Source of the DNA: Octopus sinensis
Lineage: Eukaryota
Direction: 5' to 3'
Assembly (NCBI RefSeq): GCF_006345805.1
Contig: NC_043009.1
Coordinates: 9,734,001 to 9,798,000, forward strand
DNA length: 64,000 nucleotides
Part shown: positions 12,616 through 24,741 of the stretch, one piece after another
Layout: each line of letters begins with the position of its first letter
How positions within the stretch are numbered: position 1 is the stretch's first letter
The notes under the pieces: generated by a model
What the model saw: the letters and a program-made list of their open reading frames with translations, nothing else
Databases searched by the model: none
What the model was told of the DNA's origin: nothing
Translations under genes and position numbers: made by a program

Positions 12616-12790
12616 TAAATGTGTCGTAGCTGACAGGAAGCATTCGATGCTTCCTAGGGCTAAACAGCGGTGGTGTAATCCCCTAATGTCACGTTAAATT
12701 GACAGTATACAACTATTATATCGCCCCACCACCATACATATCTCTATGAGATATTTAGAAATTTAATATTTCTGATTTATATATATATAT

Positions 12791-12982
12791 ATAAAATAAT
12801 ATGTTACATTTACTCAATAGTCAAGATAAAACTCTGAGTTTCAGATGCCGAAGTGGAAATCTGAAACTCAGAGTTTTATCTTGACTATTGAGTAAATGTA
12901 ACATTATTTTATAGATAAATTTCCTCTATTTACATAATATTGAGGTCTCTTTCTTTCTTTTGTTATCTTACCGTTTTTTACC
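12791..12982. mobile_element. Second copy of the (TA)n-flanked fold-back element, opposite orientation
   Basis: Arms 12791-12846 / 12859-12913. The extension 12914-12982 is the reverse complement of 8726-8794. Confidence 0.65.
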
Positions 12983-13052
<70 letters not shown>

Positions 13053-13614
13053 GTGTGTATATATATATTACACTCTTGGAGTGGTTGGCATTAGGAAGAA
13101 ACCATGCCAAATCAGACTGGAGTCTGGTGCAGCCTGTCAGCGTACCAGCCTTGGTCAAACCATCCAGCCTATGCCAGCGTGGATAATGGACATTAAGTGA
13201 TGATGCTGATGATGATGAAGAAGAAGAAGATTTATTTATTTATACAGTAGGAAAAAAAGAATGAACAGGCGAAGAATTGTCATCGATTTAGAGCCTGGGA
13301 TTTCTAGTTTAAACATAATTGTAGAGTTTGTTGGAGTAGGATGCAGCATAATAAGTAATATCATACAAATGTTTATATGATACAGTCTACTTCAGCAACT
13401 ATTGTGACAACTCTGCAATTATATGCTTAAATTGTAAATTCCATGCTCTGAATTTGGCCATTTGTTACTTCTTTCTATTGTATTTCTACCCACTCAGTGA
13501 TAAACTACTTATAACCACTCATTGCTACAGTATCACTTTTGTGTCAGTCGCAGTTCAAGCCAGGAATTTAAATGGTAAGCCAACCTCACCATCATTAGAT
13601 GCAGTTTTATCTGT

Positions 13615-13725
13615 ACTCTTATATGTATGTATATATGTATGTATATATGTATATATATATGTATATATGTATATATATGTATATATATGTATATATATGT
13701 ATATATATATATATATGTGTATATG
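13615..13725. repeat. (TA/TG)n microsatellite
   Basis: Directly visible. Confidence 0.95.
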
Positions 13726-13749
13726 CACAATCAATATACATACTTACGC

Positions 13750-13945
13750 TTTTACTCTTTTACTTGTTTCAGTCATTTGACTGTGGCCATGCTGGAGCAC
13801 CGCCTTTAGTCGAGCAAATCGACCCCAGGACTTATTCTTTGTAAGACTAGTACTTATTCTATCAGTCTCTTTTGCTGAACCGCTAAGTTATAGGGATGCA
13901 AACACACCATCATCGGTTGTCAAGAGATGTTTGGGGGACACACAA

Positions 13946-14005
<60 letters not shown>

Positions 14006-14186
14006 GCAACAGGCTTCTTTCAGTTTCTGTCTACCAAATCCACTCACAAGGCTTTGGTTGGCCCAAGGCTTTGGTTGGCCCAAGGCTACAGTAGAAGACA
14101 CTTGCCCAAGGTGCCACGCAGTGGAACTGAACCTGGAACCATGTGGCTGGTAAGCAAGCTACTTACTACACAGCCACTCCTATGCC
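13750..14186 (-). mobile_element. SINE family A with internal duplication caaggctttggttggcc x2
   Basis: Similarity to other family A copies. Confidence 0.85.
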
Positions 14187-14526
14187 TACATTGTCATCAT
14201 AATTTAATGTCTGCCTTCCATGTTTAAATGTATGTGTGTGTATATGTTTGTGAGTCTGTATTTGTCCCCCCCCCCCCCAACATTGCTTGACAAATGACTT
14301 GGACTGTTTGGCAGGAGCTTGCAGGAAACTTCTGAGTCTGTTTTGGTACAGCTTTTTCAGCTGGATTCCCTTCCTAACACCAACCACTTCGCAGATTATG
14401 TATCTTTCTCTCACTATATATATATATATATATATAGGGAGAATTAAAAAAAAAAAACAAAAGACGAAGACAAGTGGTGTAGACAACAAACAGATGTATT
14501 AGTATAACATTCAGGAAGGGACAATG

Positions 14527-14564
14527 TCTTTAATGTTTCGAGCCTATGCTCTTCCACAGAAAGG
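14527..14564 (-). ncRNA. Variant minimal hammerhead-like motif in a (TA)n-adjacent element (about 14436-14700)
   Basis: Minus strand reads cuuu-CUGUGGAA-GAGC(auag)GCUC-GAAA-CAUU-aaag. The core is non-canonical. Confidence 0.4.
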
Positions 14565-14991
14565 AACACAGAAAGAAACAAGGAGAGAAAATAAAGAATG
14601 TTTAGTGGCTAGCGATCTAACATGGCGAAGGCCGGACAGAAGGGTCACACAGGAGAGCTAGGGAGAAGGGGAGGCAATAAAGTGGTGGTGATCCCAAGCA
14701 GGCTTCTTTCAGTTTCTGTCTACAAAATCTACTTACAAGCCGCTGGTCAGTCTGTGGTTATAATAGAAGACCCTTCCCCAAGGTGACATGCAGTGGGATT
14801 GTACGCAGATCCATGTGACTGGAAGCAGTGTGTAGCTATAATGTAGGCAGGGTGAAATTGAAGCTGTATCCTCTTGAAGCACATCTCTTTATTCAAGTAT
14901 TACATTCCAGTGTGTATTGACTGTTGTTGCATTGATGTAAGGTATATACTGGAGTTGAATATTAGAAAAGAGGAAGCTGGAAATTCTTTAC

Positions 14992-15600
14992 AGGCTCAGG
15001 AGTGGCTGTGTGGTAAGTAGCTTGCTTAGCAACCACATGGTACTTGGTTCAGTCCCACTGTGTGGCACCTTAGGAAAAGTGTCTTCTACTGTAGCCTCGG
15101 ACTGACCAAAGCCTTGTGAGTGGATATTTGGTAGATGGAAACTGAAAGAAGCCCATTGTAAATATATATATATATTACTTTATATAATTATTATGAGAAA
15201 AATTATAATTAGGGTTCGGCAAAAAAATTTGCCTTGCCACATACCGAACTTTTAGAAATAGCAGCCAAAGAACTTAGCTATTTCTTCTAATGGTCCTTTT
15301 AACATATTGATCACTACTTGGTAGAATTATTAATTACTAATTAATTAATCAATTTTACCCTTTATTATTACTGATTATATATATATATATATGTGTTGTG
15401 TGTGTGTATATGTTTGTGTGTCTGTGTTTGTCCCCCCCACCATATCACTTGACAACTAATGGTGGTGTGTTTACATCTCTATAACATAGTGGTTTACCAA
15501 AAGAGACCGATAGAATAAGTAGTAGGCTTACAAAGAATAAGTCCTGGGATCAAATTGCTTGAAGTGACCGAAACAAATAAAAGGATAAAAGAATAAAAGA
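14992..15600 (+). mobile_element. SINE family A with an insert (15176-15376) in its central (TA)n
   Basis: Head and tail both present, separated by about 200 bp of AT-rich foreign sequence. Confidence 0.75.
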
Positions 15601-16135
15601 AAAAAATTCTGAATTTAAATTCTGCAGAGGTTGACCTTACATTTCCTCCATTCTGGGTCAATGAAATAAGTACCAGTTGACCACTGCAGTTGATGTAATT
15701 GACTTTTCCCCATCGCCCAAAATTCTTGGCCTTGTGCCTATGATAGAAAAGCTTGCTGTTCTTATTTTTATTCTTTTTATTATCATTATTTTAGCCAAGA
15801 ACTCAGGCCATGTTGTATTTGAAAGTTTCCAAGATAGAGATGTGTATCCCTTTATGGTACCTGCCAGCAAGTTTTTGATCAAACATCTGCAGCCTAAAGG
15901 GTATCCTTTGGTAGGACCTGGAAGATATGAAAATGAAGCGGTATGTTTAAAACATCTTCAGTGAGATCTATGCAACTGATGTTTAGCTTAAGTTTTCTCT
16001 AAGAAAAGAATCAGCCAAGTGTCAATCCTGAAATGGTAGAACCTTTTTCACCCAATGGAATACAAGATTATCCAAACGTAGGGATTTTACTGTATAATGC
16101 TTTTTAATGTCTAAGTTTCTGACCGAGGCCAGTAT

Positions 16136-16355
16136 ACTCTTACTCTTTAACTCTTTTACTTGTTTCAGTCATTTGACTGCGGCCATGCTGGAGCACCGCC
16201 TTTAATCAAGCAAATCGACCCCAGGACTTATTTTTTGTAAGCCTAGTACTTATTCTAGTGGTCTCTTTTGCCAAACTGCTAAGTTACAGGGACATAAACA
16301 CACCAGCATCAGTTGTCAAGCGATGCTGGGGGGACAAACATATACACACATACAT

Positions 16356-16400
<45 letters not shown>

Positions 16401-16580
16401 TACATATATACATATATACGACGGGTTTCTTTCAGTTTCCGTGTACCAAATCCACTCACAAGGCTTTGGTTGGCCCGAGGCTATAGTAGAAGACACTTGT
16501 TCAAGGTGCCATGCAGTGGGACTGAACCCAGAACCATGTGGTTGGTAAGCAAGCTACTTACCACACATCCACTCCTACAC
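16136..16580 (-). mobile_element. SINE family A
   Basis: Similarity to other copies. Confidence 0.85.
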
Positions 16581-16682
16581 CTGGAGTGTATGTATGCAGG
16601 CAGGATTTAAATGATGAGGATGAGCATGAGGGTAATGATGACTGCAGACCACCACTAGTTTTCTTGGACTCTGTTTTTCACA

Positions 16683-17130
16683 GAGGCGGCAAGCTGGCAG
16701 AATTGTTAGCACACTGGGCAAAATGCTTAGCATTTCATCTGTCATTACGTTCTGAGTTCAAATGCAGCTGAGGTCAGCTTTGCCTTTCATCCTTTTCGGG
16801 GTTGATAAAATAAGTACCAGTTGAGCACTGGGTTTGATGTAATTGACCTAGCCCCCTCCCTCAAAATGCTGGCCTTCTGTCAAATTTTGAAATCAATATT
16901 TGTCCATGCATAAGTTGGCGAGCTGGCAGAATTGTTAGCACACTGGGCGAAAGGCTTTGTGGCATTTTATCCAACTTTACATTCTGAGTTCAAATTCTGC
17001 CTAGGTTGATTTGCCTTTCATTCTTTCACAATCAATAAAATAAGTATCTGTTGAGCAGTGGGGTCGCTGTTATTAACCTACATCCTCCTCCAAAATTGCT
17101 GGCCTTGTGCCAAAATTTGAAACCAATATT
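16683..17130 (+). mobile_element. Tandem pair of SINE family B variants
   Basis: Two consecutive copies starting ggcggcaagctggcagaa and ggcgagctggcagaa. Confidence 0.8.
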
Positions 17131-17169
17131 TGTTTATACAGTTTCTATTCCTACTGGCTATTGGTCTTA

Positions 17170-17561
17170 TCTCTCTCTATATAAAGCTGAAGTTGTCTGT
17201 GTATGGCAGGTTTGGTAGGCTTCAACTAACACTATCTCCCCCGAGACCCTGGGGCGCAAGTTGACCAAAATTGAAAGAATGATAGAAGAAGGCTTGCTCT
17301 TCATTCCGTAGAAGAAAAAATTCAAATCAGACCATGTTAAGACCAAAAATTATTTACATCAAAAAGGTGCTTTTTTTCTATGAAAATCTCTATTTTTTAC
17401 AATTTTTTGACTGCTGTGTCACCATTTCTCGGTGTATTTCAACCAGGAAAATGTTCGCTTAAAGAGAATAACAAGCTAGATAATGCAAAATTTTTACTTT
17501 TCAAAAATTCCAATTCTAAAGGGTCAAAACAAACCCGAGCAATGCCGGGTGATACTGCTAG
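17170..17561 (+). mobile_element. Non-autonomous Helitron-like element
   Basis: A|TC start, 3' caaacccgagcaatgccgggtgatactgCTAG|T end. Inserted in an AT dinucleotide with no TSD. Confidence 0.8.
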
Positions 17562-17579
17562 TACATCAATAAATTTGTA

Positions 17580-17980
17580 CTCTCTCTCTCTTTTACTCTT
17601 TTACTTGTTTCAGTCATGTGACTGTGGCCATGCTGCAGCACCACCTTTAGTCGAGCAAATCGACCCCAGGACTTATTTTTTGTAAGTCCAGTACTTATTC
17701 TATCGGTCTCTTTTGCCGAACCGCTAAGTGACGGGGACATAAACACACCAGCATTGGTTGTCAAGCAATGCTAGGGGGACAAACACACACACGCATATAC
17801 ATACATATACACATATACGACGGGCTTCTTTGAGTTTCCATCTACCGAATCCACTCACAAGGCTTTGGTCGGCCTGAGGCTATAGTAGAAGACACTTGCC
17901 CAAGGTGCCACGCAGTGGGACTGAATCCGGAACCGTGTGGTTGGTAAACAAGCTACTTACCACACATCCACTCCTGCGCC
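17580..17980 (-). mobile_element. SINE family A
   Basis: Similarity to other copies. Confidence 0.85.
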
Positions 17981-18816
17981 TCTGATGCTAAATTTTATTG
18001 AAATAAGTTGACTTTTTGCTATTGTAAGTCGTTTCCTTGTGTGTAATTAACAACTCATTATGCTTTCAGTTAGCTTCATTGCTTTGATACTTAAATTTTT
18101 TTTTACTTTCATTTCTAGAAAACAAGTATGCATGCAGTCATAAAGTCCAAAATCCACAGCAAAATGCCACCCCATCCGCCGAACGTATGGAGAACAGCAA
18201 CATTTCTAATGACTAGAAAAGTTGGTTGCCACTTTCATTTTCATTATCGTTATCACCATAATTATTGTCGTTATAATTATTATTTTTATTAGGGCGGTGA
18301 GCTGGCAGAATCGTTCGCATGATGAGCGAAATGGGTGTGTTGATCAACTTAAATAGGTTTTACGTCAAGTCTATTTCCCTCCCCACAAACCCCCTCCCCG
18401 CCTCCTCTTCTGCTGCACCCAAACAATCTACGCATAAGCATAACACACCATGCATCAACACTGCATTTCATACTGACTGGGTAACCAAAAGTGGAGGAAG
18501 AATACATTGGCCTGTTTCGTACATTCACACACATTTTTTTTTACACACAAACAAATAAAAATAGAGGTTTTCTTTTTATAATTCCCCACCAAAAAAAAAA
18601 AAGAAAAATTGCAGAACTTTACATTTTCTATGAACTTTTCATTATTGCATGGACATTTTTTTCAACAATTTTTCAGATAGATAGGTAGATAGATTGATCG
18701 ATCCTTCAGTACTGCCTATTGGGATTTTCACATCTCAAGAATCAAATGTTTCAGAAAAATATACAATTTCGTCATGTCATTTTCCAAACGACTGTGGAAT
18801 TTCTACAAGTACTGCT

Positions 18817-19292
18817 AGAGCGAAAGAGGTGGTATGGTGGATCCGTTTGAAAGGACTAAAGTTAGACACTTTCCTCTTTGGCCAAGGCCTCATCAACTTT
18901 TTCAAGTTCCACTTGAAAAGGAAGATGAGAGTAGAGAGGGAAGTGCTGTCTCATAGCAAATTTATTGAAAGGTGGGTGAATATCGGAAGAATGGCCAATA
19001 TGAACGGACCAATTCTGAGGATACACCTGTAAAAAAAAGGTAATATAAAAGGAGAAAGGGGCTCTCTACCCCCCTTTTGACTAGGCTCCTATGGCTTTTA
19101 TGGGTTTGTCCATGAGTGACCTTTCGAAGTACCTTCCCCTATTGGGAGTTTTTACTTGTTATATTTTCGTTGTTACCTTGCCTTTTTACACAGACTTTTC
19201 AAACGGACAAAACCCTTTTTGTAACTTTCGTCTGTATTTTATCCTTACATGTTTTATTTGATTTTTGTTAGCCCTTGTGGCCAATAAACGAA
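18817..19292 (+). mobile_element. 5'-truncated LINE (L1/Tx1-like ORF2 C-terminus plus T-rich 3' UTR)
   Basis: AKEVVWWIR...KRKMRVERE...KFIERW pattern, stop at 19032, T-rich UTR, AATAAA, then a (TTA)n tail. Confidence 0.55.
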
Positions 19293-19807
19293 TTAATTAT
19301 TATTATTATTATTGGTGGTAGTAGTGGTGGCCAAATTCCTTTCCAGTATTTCTACCATCATCATTATCTGCATAATCTGTGTCCTAAAAGGCTGAGCCAA
19401 CAGGGTCAATACTGTTGATTGCAATAAACATTGTGGAAGAGGCTAAGTAACTAACGAAAGAAGTATTCTTTATGCTGCAGTTCTCAAGAAATCATATGTG
19501 GGTGTGTGTGTGTGTATGTGATGAAAAAGACCCCTTTTGTTCATGAATGATCATGGGATTGCACCTAGAAAGTTGTCCTCCAAGGCACAAGTCCGAGCAA
19601 GTCATCCCTGCATACCAGCATCCCTACTCCATGCCACTGATGTTTTCCAAGGAAAAGGCAAAGGTCAGTACAGCTTGGCATCAGTGATGTTGCAACTCAT
19701 TTCTACAGCTGAATGAACTGGAGCAACATGGAATAAAGTGTCTTACTTAAGAACCCAACACACAGCCTGGTCCAGGAATCAAACTCACTACCTCATCACT
19801 GTGAGCC

Positions 19808-20126
19808 TCCTTATGAGAGCTCAAAATCTCTCATGGAAGCGCCATCCAACCAAAATGCAAATATATGGGAAACTACCACCTGTGTCATCTCTTGTGAAAG
19901 GTAGGAGAGTCCAGTTTGTAGAGCTGAAAACGAGGTAATTTCTACTCTTCTCCTCTGGAAGCCATCTACTCGCAATACCAGAGGGTGCACACTCTCCTAC
20001 CCTGATGTAATCTCCAGGGATACAGGCATCCAGCAACAGGACCTCTGTAATGCCATGATGGACCGTGAAGTCAGGCGTAGCATGGTAAATTCCATTGTCT
20101 CGACCACGGTCGAACAATGATGATGA
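19808..20126 (+). mobile_element. 5'-truncated RTE-like LINE inserted into a minus-strand SINE (about 19520-20162)
   Basis: LMRAQNLSWKRHPTKMQIYGKLPPVS..RRVQF / LLLWKP..SYPDVISRDTG..AMMDRE, a (TGA)n tail, and an 8-bp TSD tgtgagcc at 19800-19807 and 20127-20134. Confidence 0.75.
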
Positions 20127-21029
20127 TGTGAGCCCGACACTCTAACCTCTGAGCCATGCGCTTATAAGTTGGCAAATAGTGCTCTCTTTCTCTTACCTCT
20201 TTTTGCCACAATGTTCCTCTAGTAAATTTTCTCTCTACCTTTTGTTTTCATTAACCATTTCATTGCATATTTGGATACAGTTTTGCAACCTCTACCTAGC
20301 CACCCTTCCTGTTTTTTTACTCCCAAAGCCTTCCGTGTCACTGTGTCACCAACATTTTCATCTCTCTTTCCAGTTCCACTCAGATTACTCCCGCCTATTC
20401 TTGTCTAAACTGAACAGCCATGTATCCCTTTAACTGCAACAAACCTTTTCTGGCCCCTTCTTTCATATTCTAACCTTTCACCAATGAGCATTAAACTGCT
20501 TCCCTCTCTACTGTAGCTCCATTCATTTAATGGAGTTCCTAGTTTTTTTAGCTATATTTCAACCATAGTTGTGCTGGTGCCATGAAACAAAACACCCAGA
20601 ACACTCTGTAAAGTGGTTGGCATTGGGAAGGGCACTTGGGCATAGAAACCATATAAAAACAGACAAACTCTCAAATCCTGTCCAACCATCTAACCTTTGT
20701 CAGGTTTGATGGTTTGGCCAGGGGTGAAGTGAATGGTGTCTTTACACTAATTATATATAGTCATAGACTGGTGATTCAGTTTGCCTCCGATTCAGTTCTG
20801 AAATGTGATGTTAAGAAGCCTCAAAAATGGCAAAACATCAATGTCCATCACTCCTGAATGGGATTTGGGGTGAGTCATCATGCCTGTCCATATTTTGAGC
20901 GAAACATGTATTCCTTTTATTTGTTGAAGGCCATGGTAATATTTATATATAATCAAATGTATGGAAGAGTTGTTGACTCGAATTTGATGGTTGTTCTCTA
21001 ATCAATGTTATATATATATATATATATAT

Positions 21030-21456
21030 ATCAACAATCAAGGAACGGCCATAATAGGCCATTCACCCACTAGAAATAACAGCCAAAGCTTCAACCGCAA
21101 ATAAAGATTAATTCCGTAAACAGGAGAAAATTTAAAAAACATTTACCCTGTAATTTCTTGTAATTTCTTTTAAATTTTTAAATTTTTAAATTTTTAAATT
21201 TTTTAAATTTTTAAATTTTTAAATTTTCTCCTGTTTTTTAAATTTTTAAATTTTCTCCTGTTTACGGAATTAATCTTTATTTGCGGTTGAAGCTTTGGCT
21301 GTTATTTCTAGTGGGTGAATGGCCTATTATGGCCGTTCCTTGATTGTTGATGTTGAACTTAAAAATGGTCTATGACTATTTAATTTTTTCCCACTAGGAC
21401 GCTGGTGGCAAAAAGAATTCTACAAAATTTTTTTGCCACCCTATATTGATTAATTA
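21030..21456. mobile_element. (TA)n-flanked fold-back element (second family)
   Basis: Inverted arms of about 109 bp (21030-21138 / 21243-21351) plus a unique extension to about 21456. Confidence 0.65.
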
Positions 21457-21579
21457 TATATATATATATATATAAATAAACGAAAGAATGGAGTCAAACG
21501 AAGATGTTAACAAAATTCCTTTACTCTCGACATATTTTCCATGCTGACGATAAACATAGGATAATTCATTCATCTACTT

Positions 21580-21632
<53 letters not shown>

Positions 21633-21634
21633 AG

Positions 21635-22063
21635 AAAACACCATCCGAGCGTGGCCGTCTGCCAGCCTCGTCTGGCACCTGTGTCGGTGGCACATAAAAA
21701 ACACCATCCGAGCGTGGCCGTCTGCCAGCCTTGTCTGGCACCTGTGTCGGTGGCACATAAAAAACACCATCCGAGCGTGGCCGTCTGCCAGCCTCGTCTG
21801 GCACCTGTATCGGTGGCACATAAAAAACACCATCCGAGCGTGGCCGTCTGCCAGCCTCGTCTGGCACCTGTGTCAGTGGCACATAAAATCACCCACTACA
21901 CTCTCGGAGTGGTTGGCATTAGGAAGGGCATCCAGCTGTAGAAACACTGCCAGATCTGACTGGCCTGGTGCAGCCTTCGGGCTTGCCAGACCCCAGTTGA
22001 ACCGTCCAACCCATGCTAGCATGGAAAGCGGACGTTAAACGATGATGATGATGATGATGATGA
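21635..22063 (+). mobile_element. SINE-like family D with four tandem 63-bp units and an RTE-type (GAT)n tail
   Basis: Unit starts at 21639, 21702, 21765 and 21828. Body cccactacactctcggagtggttggc..ggacgttaaacgatgatg. Relatives at 13068, 23340, 28704, 30310, 32885, 43445, 49440, 52770 and 63897. Confidence 0.8.
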
Positions 22064-22353
22064 TATATGTTACAACCCTAGTATGTTGACATCTATAGGC
22101 AAAGAAAAATTAGATTCACTTTTGACCATAGGCTGAAACAGCTGTAAGAAGTAATTTCTGGATTTCAATAATTTATACTATGACTTTTAAAATCTGTATT
22201 CGTATTATTATCTTATCTATTGATTTATATAATATTTTGTATGCTTTTGATGTTCTCATTTGTAAAATGAATAAATAATCTAACATTATAATAACCATAA
22301 GTTGATGAACAAACTAAATTTGTTTCTCCATTTTCTTTTTTGTAGTATATATA

Positions 22354-22391
<38 letters not shown>

Positions 22392-23293
22392 GTTTGAAAT
22401 AATTATTTTATTTTTTATGTCAAATTTATATTAATTCCATTTCATTTATTATATTCACTGTTTCTAACTGATAATTCTCAAACGTTATTACACAGACTAT
22501 GAATTAAAAATATCAAATGTATCAACTTTTCTTCCAGTCCTTAATACCATGTCCAACTCAGTACCAGCGAAGGTGTACAGAAATGAAGACTTTTGAACCT
22601 GCTGCTAAGCCTTTTGGTTTTGGCTCTGAGAGGAATTTAAATCACTCTAAACCAAGCTACCTCAGGTACTTCAGTTTTACTGATTTTACTGTTTCATGGA
22701 GGTTCTCAGAGCTAACTGTGGGCTCATCCCACCTTTATTCAGCCATTCCTAACCCACTTGTCTTTCTTTTTCTCATAACATTTTTTTTGTATTCTGCTCC
22801 CCCTCCCACGAAACTCAGTACTTCCTCTCAAGACCATCATGCCTTCTTGAACACTCTCACCATTTCTTTCTTGCTGGTGTTTGATTTCTGATGGTCCAAG
22901 AGGAACATTAGTGCTTTCAGTTTCACCAGTTTCAAAGACTCTGTGAAGGCCCTGGGCACATCCTTCCTCTTAGACCACTACCAGCACCATCATCATCATC
23001 ATCACCACCACCACTATCACCATGATAGTGTCATTATCATCATCATCATGATCATCATTGTTATCATTGTCATAGCATCCACTTTACCATGCATGCATGG
23101 GTTGAATAGAATTTGTTGAGGTGGGTTTTTCTACAGCTGGACACCCTTCCTGCTGAAAACCCTGACCTTCTGCTGAGCAAGATATTTCCATATACATGGA
23201 AGACTAGAAACAAAGTACACTGCTTGTATGATGGTGACACTTATTTACGACTCGGATACAAGACAAGGAGACAGTGCCTCCCCAGCCATATAT

Positions 23294-23327
<34 letters not shown>

Positions 23328-23339
23328 AAAGTAATTTTG

Positions 23340-23784
23340 AATCGTCGGGTGACATGCCATGTTTGAGGTGACCTATTGAGTCAAGTAAAATCAAAATCAG
23401 AATCAGAATCTCAATCAAATCGAAATCAAAATGGAAATTGTAGTTGTGGCTGATGCCAATGCTGCCTGACTGGGTCCCATGCTGGTGGTACGCAATAAGC
23501 ACCATTCATGTGTGGGTTGATACCAGTGCTGCCTGACTGGCTCCCCGTGCCGGTGACATGTAAAACACACCATCCAAACGTGGCTGATGCCAGTGCTGCT
23601 TGACTGGCTCCCGCACCGGTGGCACATTAAAAACAGCCCCTACACTCTTGGAGTGGTTGGTGTTAGGAAGGGCATCCAGCTGTAGAAACCTTGCCAGATC
23701 ACATTGGAGCCTGGTGCAGCCTCCTGGCTTGCCAGTCCCCAGTCAAACCATCTAACCCATGCCTTTACGGAAAACAGACATTGA

Positions 23785-23815
<31 letters not shown>
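23340..23815 (+). mobile_element. Family D element with three diverged 5' units
   Basis: Same body and (GAT)n tail. Confidence 0.75.
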
Positions 23816-23816
<1 letters not shown>

Positions 23817-24174
23817 ATCCATTCACAAGGTTGGCCCAGGGCAATAGTAGTAGAAACTTGCCCAATGTGCCATAGAGTGGGACTGAATTGAACCCAAAAC
23901 CATGTTGTTGGGAAGCAAACTTAACCACACAGCCATACCTGCAACCAGTGAACTAAACAAGGAAACAAAACCATGTGAAGGTAGTTGTGTGGTAACAGGT
24001 TTAAAAGGTTTGCTATTTCTCATATGGAGTTTTAAGATCTTTTGCATTTTGTCTGGGGTGGTTTTAGGGCTAGTAACCCTAACACCACCCAAGACAACCT
24101 CATGAACAGGCTATTTCCTCTCTGTTACCTTTCTGTTGCTTCTATAAGGGCCTTACCTGTGTATATCTTCTGTC

Positions 24175-24649
24175 TTTCTTTTACTTGTTTCAATCATTAG
24201 ACTGTGGCCATGCTGGGGCACTGTTTTGAAGAACCTTAGTTGAATGAATTGACTCCAGTGCTTGTTTTTTTTTTTTAAGCCTGGTACTTATTCTATTGAT
24301 CCCTTTTGCCAAACTGCTAGGTTACAGAGATGTAAACACAGCAACACCAGTTGTCAAGTGGGGGACAAACACAGACACAGACACATACCCACACACACAC
24401 AAATGCATTTTGTTTGTTCCTTCTCGAATCATGCCTGGCTCATAGATGCACACACACACACACACCACATACAGACATATATATAAAATGGGCTTCTTTT
24501 AGTTTCCATCAACCAAATCCACTCACAAGGCTTTGATTAGCCTGAGTTAATAGTAGAAGACACTTGCCCAAGGTGCTGCACAATGGTACTGAACCTGGAA
24601 TCATGTGGTTAGAAAGCAAGCTTATTACCACACAGCCACACCTGTGCCT
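24175..24649 (-). mobile_element. SINE family A (diverged)
   Basis: Similarity to other copies. Confidence 0.75.
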
Positions 24650-24741
24650 ATGTTTGCTAGATCAGAGCCAAAACTGAAGCTAAACATTAGCAACAACAAA
24701 AACAATTACTTTCAAATATTTCACTGTAAACTGGGTAAATG

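Noticed and set aside
21540-21565. CUGACGA in a small (TA)n-flanked block
   Set aside because: No stem II or GAAA follows; at most an unrecognisable relic.
21650-21695. Resemblance of ggccgtc..ccagcctcgtctggc to the HDV ribozyme P3/L3 region
   Set aside because: The segment after the putative P3 cannot pair with the putative P1 5' strand; a simple hairpin explains it.
21635-21888. CRISPR-like appearance of the 63-bp array
   Set aside because: Units are wholly repeated with no unique spacers, there are no cas genes, and the context is a eukaryotic retroposon.
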